The notes under the pieces are model-generated. The model did not search any database. It saw nothing but the letters and a program-made list of their open reading frames with translations, and was not told the origin of the DNA. Positions 54,168-64,000 of a DNA stretch of 64,000 nt are shown piece after piece. Every line of letters starts with the position of its first letter. Within the stretch, counting starts at the first letter, position 1. The stretch lies in the NCBI GenBank assembly GCA_964016885.1, contig OZ024748.1, positions 30,318,001 through 30,382,000 of the forward strand, read 5' to 3'. The translations under genes were made by a program, and so were the position numbers. The DNA comes from Eledone cirrhosa. Taxonomy: Eukaryota.

Positions 54168-54663
54168 TATTTTATTAATATTTGTATTTTAATATTAATA
54201 ACTCTGGAAAATTATTTTTTCATAGAGTGCTTCCAATCTACTGTAAAACTCATTCTTTGATATGCTCATTGAATCTTGATTAACTCTTTAATATATATAT
54301 ATATAAGTATCTGCTGTATGAGGACTGGGAAGCCAACAAATCAGAGTGGGTATATTATATATATATTGTTTACATATCACTTGGAGGTGAATTGATGGTC
54401 GTTTTTGTTTCTCTTATTATTTTTTCCTCTCTCTCGCTCTGGTCATATATTTTGGTGCGTTGTATTTATGAGGTTCCCAGCAATAGTTAATTAATTGTAT
54501 TTGTTATGTGTTTATATTTGTGCTTATATTTTCATTCTAAAAGAAATGTGAGCAATTTGTAATTTTATATATATATATATATAAGCAAAGGGATATCCAG
54601 ATAAAACTTGAATCGTTAAGGTCTCATTCCTGGATTTGTCCAATATTTATAAAACAAACTTTG

Positions 54664-54724
54664 TATTTTAATTGATGAGAGCGTACCAAAGTTTTGATAC
54701 CCTTGAAATATATATAATAGAATA
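54664..54724 (+). ncRNA. Degenerate hammerhead core
   Basis: tatttta(a)-TTGATGA-gagcgtaccaaa/tttgataccctt-GAAA-tatata-TA-(a)tagaata. Confidence 0.4.
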
Positions 54725-54789
54725 AATATGGTTTTATAAATATAGTTTCCATTTATTAATATCATTGATATATATATATATAAAACAAA

Positions 54790-56450
54790 TTTCATTTTCA
54801 GTTTCTTGTCCATTGCAACTTGCAACTGGGCTCAGAATTATCTTAATATCTGTTTGCATACGATGTTCTTTGTTACAGTTTTATTACCTCGCTTCCCTGG
54901 CTTATCAGTGTTCAATACTTTAAGTTTTACATCTGATTGTCTGCATACTCTTGGGAACAGACCCACTTTATTGTATGTTTGACCATGGCTCTTGTTGATT
55001 ATCATAGCATACGACAGTCTTAATAGAAACTGGGTTCTTTCCAAAGTACAAGGGATGTTGGGATCACTGGAGGTCAACTTCAGTCGAAAACGCACCTGCC
55101 CATCAAAGGACCATTGATATGAGAAGCTTGAATAAAATGTTGATGCAATCCCATTACTTCTAATCTTGTGTCATTGCATAATCTGTTCTAAATTAAAATA
55201 TTCTGTAGAAGCATTATTATTGATACTGTTTTTAATTGGAGTTTGTAAGGCGGCATCCCAGAAGGTGAGAAGAGTTCAGAAATTCTGTAGAATATCTATC
55301 TGCCTCTGTAGGCTCATCAGCGAGCACTCTATCAGTACTGTAATAAGTATGGTTGTTACCAGGAAGTTGTCTGAGAACCTCTTCATTGATTAATAGGCAA
55401 TCAGCATTAGGAGATAAAATTACTCGCATTCTTTTCTCTTGTGTTGTATCACTGAAAATTTGTTTCACTAAAGAGTCATTTTACACATCATAATGGAGGC
55501 ACTTCAACATTATCTTCATTCACATTCAGTCCTTCAATTGTGTTGTTCCACTACCAAGATGTAGTAGCCACTTCACAAACTCTCTTACTCTGATATTGTT
55601 TAATCTAAAATGTTGAAAGAAATGCCAGATATACAAAGTTATGTTGGCATGTGTGTATAGCAGCTTGGCTTAAATAGACATCATATTCAGTAAGACCAAG
55701 TCGCAAGCATGCCTCTTTGAAGGTTGGAAATCTTTCTCCCCCATTGTTCATAGTTCTTCAAAACTCTAAGCGCCTAGCACGTGAAGTAGCAATATTCTTC
55801 AATAAAATTTTTCGTCAACTCAGGGGCTGACTGTGTACATTCTACTAATGATCATTTTCTGTTGGTTTCATTGAATAGTTTTCTGGAATTTCTGGTTATA
55901 CGTATTTGCTTGCATTTTTGTCTTCTTCATTTAGCTTGAACCAGGCAATAAGGGTCATGTCTCAGTGTCCCTGCATTTCTACTGCAACCTGAACATTGCC
56001 TCATTGAAAGTAAACTCTGTTTGTTCTCCAGCCTGTACGCTGTATGTGATGTACCATGAAGCTTAAATTCAGAGAGATGCCACACTGCTTCTGGCGGAGA
56101 CACACCTGCAACCAAGATAGTTTCTTATTTCATCATGGTTGTGTTGGTTCTGAACATCATTAGGTAATGCATTATTGGTTACTTCTATAGATGCACAATC
56201 ATGTCCCTTGTAAACATATTTAAAGATGTACTTAGCACTTTTTACAGAAGAGCAAACCTCAACATTAATATGTGCACAATATTTCTTCAGCAAAAAAGAA
56301 TTAAATGGCACAATATTCCTGTAATCTACGGAATGTCATCCAATTTGCACTGTAGTTCCTGTCTTGCGCCTCCTGTACTCTGGATATCCATTTAAGTTCA
56401 ATAATGTTTTTGGCAAAATCCATTTTGCATGCATGGGGAAGAAGGGCAAT
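54790..56450 (-). mobile_element. Degenerate Helitron, same family as 29440-31633
   Basis: LLKKYCAHINVEVCSSVKSAKYIFKYVYKGHD, VSPPEAVW, RTQFLLRLSYAMIINKSHGQT. Confidence 0.9.
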
Positions 56451-56913
56451 GTTCAGATAAAGGTTTATATTGAGAATTTATCAATATAGAAATGTAGTAC
56501 AATTTCTACTGTTAATGTATCTTCTATATCTTATACTGTTTTATTTTTATTTCAGAATATCAGATGACATTAGTATAGAAGAAATTTTAACTTCAGATGC
56601 TTCAATATTTATCATCTTTTAAAGACTAAAATGCTATATAGAACTGATGTAACCCCATTTGTATAAATCTTTGGTAAATTACTGTAAAATATTCCTTCTG
56701 GAATGAGATTATAAGCAACATTTCTCTACTTCACTATGGAATATCTATGAAATGATTTTCTATTGTTATTAAACTTGGACATGCAAGCAACATCTTCAGA
56801 CATTGAGATCACAGTTGGTGGAGTTATAGCAATAGAAATATTTGTTTAGAATAAAATATAAAATTGAAAAGACGAAAAATATTTGTATATTGTGGTGAGA
56901 AAAGAAAAAAATA

Positions 56914-57849
56914 ATGGAAAATGAATTATGTGAGAACAAAGTTAAGTTGAAAACACAATCTAAAGGGATTGGTTTTGCTGATGACATAAAGATAGAGATA
57001 GATGAAAAACCATACTACTGTGATATCTGTGGTAAATCTTTCTCTGAAAATGATGAGTTAACTACTCACAAATGCATTCGTACAGGGAAAAAGACATATC
57101 ATTATGATATCTATAGTTCATCATTCTCTGGACATAATAATTTAACTACTCATAAACGCATTCCTACAGGAGAGAGACCATATCACTGTGATGTCTGTGG
57201 TAAATCTTTCACTCTAAATGGTCACTTAATCCTACACAAACGTATTCATACAGGAGAGAAACCATATCTCTGTGATATTTGTGGGGACTTATTTTCTGGG
57301 AGTAGTGACTTAAACAAGCACAGGCGCATTCATACAGGAGAGAAGCCATATCACTGTGATATCTGTGGTAAATCATTTGCTCAAGCAAGTATATTAGCTA
57401 AACACAAACGCATTCATACAGGAGAGAAACCGTATGACTGTGATATCTGTGATAAATCATTCTCTCAAGCAAGTGAATTAACTAAACACAAACGTATTCA
57501 TACAGGAGAGAAACCATATCACTGTGATGTCTGTGGAAAATCGGTCTCTACATCAAGTAATTTAAGTAGACACAAACGTGTACATACAGGAGAGAAACCA
57601 TATAATTGTGATATCTGTGGTAAATCATTTTCTGAAAGAGGTGGCTTAACCCGACACAAACGTCTTCATACAGGAGAAAAGCCATATCACTGTGATATCT
57701 GTGGTGAATTGTTCTCTCGAAGTGATGACTTAACGAAACACAAACGTATTCATACAGGAGAAGAATCATATCACTGTGATATATGTGGTATACCATTCTC
57801 TCAGGCTAGTAGCTTAATTACACACAAATATATTCATACAAAAATGTAA
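56914..57849 (+). CDS. C2H2 zinc-finger protein (10 tandem units, 8 intact), single coding exon
   Basis: Repeated C-x2-C-x12-H-x3-H with TGEKPY linkers; first two units degenerate; relic fingers continue after the stop (57850-57995). Confidence 0.9.
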   Translation: MENELCENKVKLKTQSKGIGFADDIKIEIDEKPYYCDICGKSFSENDELTTHKCIRTGKKTYHYDIYSSSFSGHNNLTTHKRIPTGERPYHCDVCGKSFTLNGHLILHKRIHTGEKPYLCDICGDLFSGSSDLNKHRRIHTGEKPYHCDICGKSFAQASILAKHKRIHTGEKPYDCDICDKSFSQASELTKHKRIHTGEKPYHCDVCGKSVSTSSNLSRHKRVHTGEKPYNCDICGKSFSERGGLTRHKRLHTGEKPYHCDICGELFSRSDDLTKHKRIHTGEESYHCDICGIPFSQASSLITHKYIHTKM

Positions 57850-58656
57850 CTAAAATTTGTGGTAAATCATTCTCTTAACTCAACACAAACATACTTGTAT
57901 AGCAGGAAAACTATATCACTGTGATGTCTGTGATAAATCTCTCTCTGTCTCTCAGAAAAAGTCACTTAATATTTCCATGTATTCACACAGAAAAGTAACT
58001 GTCAAATATTTCTATGAACGAAGTATCTTATATGACCATAAATATATCTTCATGGATGTGATAATAACTTCCCAACCCTATATATCTTACATAACCGCAA
58101 CTATATCTATATTGGTGAGATTATTTACCTCTGATATTTTAAATAAAACTATTCTCTCAGAATATTAGTATATATTCCATTTAATACATTTCAAGAATGT
58201 AGAAATATTGTTTTATTTGACATTGTTGATATCTGAGAAATCTAGTATATCACAGTTATAAATAAATATACAAACCAAGAACAAAATATTTTATCATGCC
58301 ATAATAGGATATATGTATGATGTTTTATTTATATTCTGGATCTTACATAGATTCTTTCATGCATATTATTCAGCGTCTTAAGAGCATTGGATTGAAAATG
58401 TTTTGGTATTTGTTCCAGTTTACTGCATTGAGGTTAATTTTACCTTTCATCCTTTCATGGTCGGTAAATAAAGTAACAGAACAGGACTAGAGACGATTCT
58501 TTCTCATTCTGAAAAAAATTGGCTGGGATTCTACCTGAAGAGGGATGGGTCCCTGCCAAGAAAAAAATATCCAAGATACAATGTGTCAGGGTGGCACTGT
58601 GACGACACCATCAGGAGTTAAGTGCCCTTCATTTAACACGCATACATATATATATA

Positions 58657-59184
58657 TGAGGGGGGCTTCAAAAAGTTCGTGGGAAAAGGACAAGTGAAAA
58701 AAACGGTTTAAGTTATGATGTTTATTTTTCAACATATGCTCCATCTAGGTCAATACACTTCAGCAATCGTTGATACGAGGCTTTAAGTTCATCTGTAAAA
58801 CTGAGGGCCATGCGATTTAAACCATCTCAAAGTAGCTTTTTTTACATCTTCAGCCTCATCTCTTCCACTTCTAAAACGACTCATCTATTTGGAGGTTGTT
58901 GATTTCTTTGGGGCATTGTCCCCATAAACTTGCTCTAGAGTGTCAATGATTTGGCTGCTCTTCCACCCTAGCTTCTCCATGAATTTGATGTTTTGATGGA
59001 GTCATGTTGCTCGAACAGGTGTTGACTTTTGACTGGCGCCGGTGCATTGCAACATGATTTAAGGGTTCATGTTAGAACATGTTATCATGCATTAGTACAA
59101 GAACGTACAGGTGCATTGAGATCAAAATCCCTGCATATGATTTTTAGCTATGTACTTTTTCTACAAATTTTTTGGAGCCCCTCT
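58657..59184 (-). mobile_element. Mariner remnant
   Basis: Inverted ends gaggggggcttcaaaaa / ttttggagcccctc; minus-strand VYGDNA.KKST HTH remnant. Confidence 0.65.
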
Positions 59185-59244
59185 GTGTGTGTGTATATAT
59201 ATACCACCGTAAAATGATGATGATGATGATACCCACACACACAG

Positions 59245-59537
59245 TACTCTCTGGTCTCAAATAATAGCCCCAACTTTATTTTTTCTAATGCCCACTCACT
59301 CACCCTGCTCTTATTCTACCCCCTCCTTGCTTATTAAATTTTGCTAATCTATCTCCGGCGAAATTTTATTTTAAGTGGAGCCATTCCTGTGACAATTTTC
59401 TTTATACATGACAAAAAAAAAATACATTACTAGAAATCCCATACATTAAGAAATAAATAGGATGGAGACAACCTAGAAAATTACTGATTTCCCCCCACTT
59501 ATTCCACTCTACCCTTATTATTTGGGACTCTAGAGTA
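59245..59537. mobile_element. TA-flanked MITE
   Basis: tactctctggtctcaaataat / attatttgggactctagagta. Confidence 0.6.
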
Positions 59538-61164
59538 TGCCAATAAAATGTATACACACTTCAGGGAAAGAAAAATTTGTATAAATATAATACTCATTTA
59601 CTTCAGTATACTGTATTATTGTAATTTGATAAAACTTTGAAAGGTATTTAAACAAGTTAAATATTTATACAAGTTTTTCTTTTCCTGAAGTTTCATCATC
59701 ATCGTTTAACATCCATTTTCCACGCTAGCATGGGTAGGACATGCTGTCCTGTTGTGAGACAACCAGGTCAGAGGACCGTGTTTTGCTCACACAACTGATT
59801 TTGGTTTCTATGGCTGGATGCCCTTCCTAACACCAACCACATTTACAGTGTGTAATACTGGATGCTTTTTGTTGTCACCTACATGGCCACTTTATAGTGT
59901 AGGTTGGGCACCTTTTGTTGTGTCACCAACATGACCACTTTACAGTATGGACTGAATGCTTATTGTTGTGGCCACAATATGGTGTGGATTGGGGACTTGG
60001 TGTGTATACATTTTTTTGGCAGACTGTATATTCTTGTGCTAAATTTATTGAATGTATTCCATCTTTAGAAACATTCTTCTGTTGGTTGTGATTTATGTAA
60101 TTTAATAATTTTTTTTATTCAATGGATAATTCCTTCGTCTTGATTGTTAAGCTGAAAGTTAATTTGCATAACCACCACCACCATCAATATTTCTATTATA
60201 ATTTTACATCCTCTTTCTATGCTTGTATTGGCTTTTGATGTGATATGGTCCATGTCAGTTTTTTATTTGGAGTTACTGGCCTCCTAGATAGTTAGAGGGA
60301 CATGTCTCACTCGCATGTTCCAATTTGGCATGATTTCTCTAATTGGATGCCCACCCTAACCACTTTACAGACAGTACTGGATGTATTTTACCATGGCACC
60401 AGCACTAGTGAATAGAAGAAAGAACATTGATACAAAAAGAACACTAGAGACCAACAAAACCTTATGTGAAGTAACAATACTGATACCCACCACTCTCCTA
60501 TCCATACCCTCAATGTTTAGAAATGATCAATCATGACCTCTACACCCCACTTTCTAAATCACTACAAATTTAGATCATTCCATGTCATGAATCAAACTCT
60601 AGAGGTAACAGCATCACTCTCAACAACACTACAGCTACCAGCCTATTACATCAACAACATCACTCATTCCTGAGTCTCTTCACTAGTGGTTTCCAACAAT
60701 TATGTGGCTTTGTTACCCTTTCTCCTTATACATATGTGACACCCTTATTGTGTGAATACTGAAGTAACATTGTATAAATCCCCATCACTCTTCTATCTAC
60801 AGCCTCAAGATGTTTAGGAAGGTTGGTCTATGACCCATACACTCCTCCCCCTAAGCCATAACAGACCACTCCACCACCACATTACTCAGAATACATGACA
60901 CCTTCAATAACAATCCCCTCTCTCGCATGTTTCATGTTAACCACCACCAACACCAGTAAAAATTATAGAGTACATTTAACCATTTACATCAAAATTTGCA
61001 GTTTCCCAAATAAAGCCCTCTCCACTCTGTACTTCACAGTAGTGGTAAGAACAAACCATGTGGTACTTTGGATAGAAATAACTGTCATTTTTGCAGTGGA
61101 AAGAAGGACATCAACATGTAAAAACAACTGATGCAGCAATAAGTCAATGAAGGATCCTCTATGT

Positions 61165-61424
61165 CAGCAGTCCCCAACTTTTTTATACCACGGACTATCA
61201 TGTAAGACAATTTCTCCACGAAAGGGGGGGGGGGGGTCGGTGTTGGTCATGCGCATAACAAAACACAATAACGTGCAATATAATTTTATTATTATATTTA
61301 TACTGTAAATTTTATTTAACTCAAAACAATGCTGACTCAACATAAAGTAGACTGTGATAGACAATAAAATAGAAAGAAAAAAGTTTTTATTATTTCTGTG
61401 CAGCCCAGTGGTTGGGGACCTCTG
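61165..61424. mobile_element. hAT MITE with perfect 8-bp TSD, inserted in a tandem repeat array (~61055-61650)
   Basis: cagcagtccccaac / gttggggacctctg; TSD ctctatgt on both sides. Confidence 0.85.
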
Positions 61425-62462
61425 CTCTATGTGGTACCTTGACATGTTAGAAATAGCTTTCATCGTCACAGTAGCAGGAAGAACATGTGACTGTAACAAG
61501 CGAATGAAGAATCCTCTGTGTGGTAGCTTCACTTGCTAGAGATAGATGTCATCTTCACTGTGGAAAGAAATGCATCATCCAACTGTAAAAACAACTGATG
61601 CGGCAATGAAGGATTCTCTGTGCGGTACCAAGACATGCTACAAATAACTGTTGCCATTAGTTACCGTCTTCTGGTGCTCTATGACTAGACTGGGTTTGGA
61701 TTCAGAACTTTTATTTATAACACGGTTGTATGTGATCTCGGCCACTGAGTATGACATAAGCGTTTCCCAGAAGACAAGATCTTACTGATTTCTTCTTCTT
61801 CACCACCACCACCGCCGCCGCCGTGGAAGAATTAGTGGACCACAAGTAACACTCTATTTCACCTGCAAATCAAACACAACTTAAAATACTCAACGAGCAT
61901 AAAACGTATGCTGATATATAGCAAAGAAAAGGGGATGTAATGAGAGTTATCTTTTCCTGAAATATGTATTTACTTACGCATGCGCATTATACAAATTTCA
62001 TTAGCGTCTTCAACTGTAGTATAAGAAATACATCGTCCTCACATGTATATCATATTTATTTCTTATTAATATATTTACACACACACTATTTGCGTCTGAA
62101 TACGGTAAGTTGAACAAAATTTATTTTAAATCTGTGATCATGTGTATAATTAATAGTGGTAAGAAACGCTTAGGAGAGCTGGACAGCAGGTCTTGAGAGG
62201 AAACCACCGTCCAAGCAAGTGTTCCGGCCCCTAAATTGTGAATCTCTCGAAGAGAATACATATTCACAAAACAAAAATGTCGATCTTTTATTTTTTTTTT
62301 ATCTCAGGATCGACTGTTAACGTGATACAAAGTAAGTTATTGTTTGGTGAACAAATATAATTCAAATCCATTTTGTGTTGCTTCTCAGACCCCCCCCCCC
62401 CCCACATAGTATGAAATATCAGTAAATAAAACAGACTTAAATAAGACAAATCAACAAACTTT

Positions 62463-63232
62463 GGCGATATCCAATTTTAGCTGTCTAAATGCCGCTTACT
62501 TGCTGCAGTTGCTGCTTACTTCAATGTATGAGGCTATTCCAACAAATTTACATTCCCCTTTTTTTTAGCCGTTAAAAGAAATATAGATTTATTTATTTGC
62601 CACTGGGGCATAGATTTCTTTATTTGCCCCTTTTTTGTTTGTTTGTTTTTTTGCGATTTATTAGCCTTTTGGGGTCACACACACCCCCGTAGAAAGTGTG
62701 CGACCTTTCTGCCAGGGAGTACAGAGAGAGGGGGGTGCTCCCTTCTTCTCTTACCTGTACAAGCCGATATAGAGAGATGGCCCACTTACACGGGCCATTA
62801 TTGCTACTTTCACCCGAAAAAGGCACTCAGTCCCAGCCAATTCCATGAAAGATGGGTGAAAGTAGCAATAATGGCCCGTGTAAGTGGGCCATCTCTCTAT
62901 ATCGGCTTGTACAGGTAAGAGAAGAAGGGAGCACCCCCCCCCCCTCTCTCTGTGCTCCCTGGCAGAAAGGTCGCACACTTTCTACGGGGGTGTGTGTGAC
63001 CCCAAGAGGCTAATAAATCGCAAAAAAACAAACAAACAAAAAAGGGGCAAATAAAGAAATCTATGCCCCAGTGGCAAATAAATCGCAAAAAAATAAAAAT
63101 AAATAAATCTATATTTCTTTTAACGGCTAAAAAAAGGGGGAATGTAAATTTGTTGGAATAGCCTCATACATTGAAGTAAGCAGCAACTGCAGCAAGTAAG
63201 CGGCATTTAGACAGCTAAAATTGGATATCGCC
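62463..63232. mobile_element. Foldback DNA transposon, ~353/379-bp TIRs, 38-nt spacer, 8-bp TSD
   Basis: GGCGATATCC...GGATATCGCC; TSD caaacttt at 62455-62462 and 63233-63240. Confidence 0.88.
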
Positions 63233-63607
63233 CAAACTTTCTCTATTGATCGTAATAATATTTATTCGTGTATTAAGTTTTGATTTAGTTCTTTTTTTCT
63301 TAAAGATATTTTCATGTTTAGATTTTGTATTAACAATAATTCACTCGCGGACGAAATATCGAATCTCAAATATGATGAACGAACTAGTTTGGGTGAAACC
63401 TGGTTTGTATTAAGAATATCCTAGTAGATAAATATGAGGAGGAAAAACACGAAAATGTAATTTATGAGGAAGAAAAAGGTGTTTTCTTGTCTATAACTAT
63501 AAATTTGTCAAACATAACAGTAAAAAAGAAAGCAGTATTCGAAAGGACTATAAATGCCATAAATGAGAGGAAAAGGAGGAGAGGAGCAAAGACTATCAAA
63601 CAAAGGA

Positions 63608-63945
63608 AGAAAGAAAGGCCGGTTATATGATGCCTGTGTGAGATGCACGATGCGGCATTGTAGTGAGACATGGGCAGCAACTGCGGAGAATATGCGACGG
63701 CAGGAAGGAAATGAAGCAAGCATGCTCCGATGGATGTGCAATGTCAATGTGTGAACGACCAAGCATAGACGAGTTGAATGTGAAACTGTGTATAAGAGGG
63801 ATAAGCTGTAGTGTGTGGGAGAGAAGACTGTGTTGGTATGGACATATGATGCGTATGGAATATGACCGCTGGGTGAAGAAGTGCCAAGAAATCCCAGTTG
63901 AAGGAAGACCACGAAAATCATGGGCGGAATTAAAATGATGATGAT
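63608..63945 (+). mobile_element. RTE LINE fragment
   Basis: KGRLYDACVRCTM.HCSETW...RRLCWYGHMMR...GRPRKSW. Confidence 0.85.
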
Positions 63946-64000
63946 ATATCATCATCGATTAACATCTATCTGCCACGTTAGTATGGGTTAGACAGGTTTG

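Overview
AT-rich, repeat-dense eukaryotic DNA. The SINE families, the RTE-type LINEs with (GAT)n tails and the single-exon [16 protein letters not shown] zinc-finger gene point to an octopod cephalopod (inference). I reconstructed four host genes by hand from splice sites and exon phases: (1) the last three exons of a CABIT-domain/GAREM-Themis-like gene (+, 3778-9317); (2) a complete 5-exon RPS15 (+, 22766-27948) with a 5'TOP and two U29/snR71-like box C/D snoRNAs in the same intron; (3) a complete 10-coding-exon secreted Pif/BMSP-like protein (-, 32320-45378, 753 aa: signal peptide, PAN/apple, long linker, three chitin-binding modules, LamG); (4) a C2H2 zinc-finger gene (+, 56914-57849). The rest is mostly transposon debris: RTE LINEs, Penelope, Gypsy, CRE-like, Helitron, piggyBac/TTAA, hAT, Tc1/mariner, Merlin- or MULE-like foldbacks and tRNA-SINEs. 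The most striking non-coding layer is a set of about nine dispersed hammerhead-ribozyme cores from Penelope-type ends. Several have 79-138 nt hairpins in place of stem II, and some sit inside long, near-perfect foldback palindromes. There is also a full-length tRNA-like cloverleaf with a GGC anticodon. All calls were made by eye without database searches, and repeat boundaries are approximate unless a TSD is quoted.
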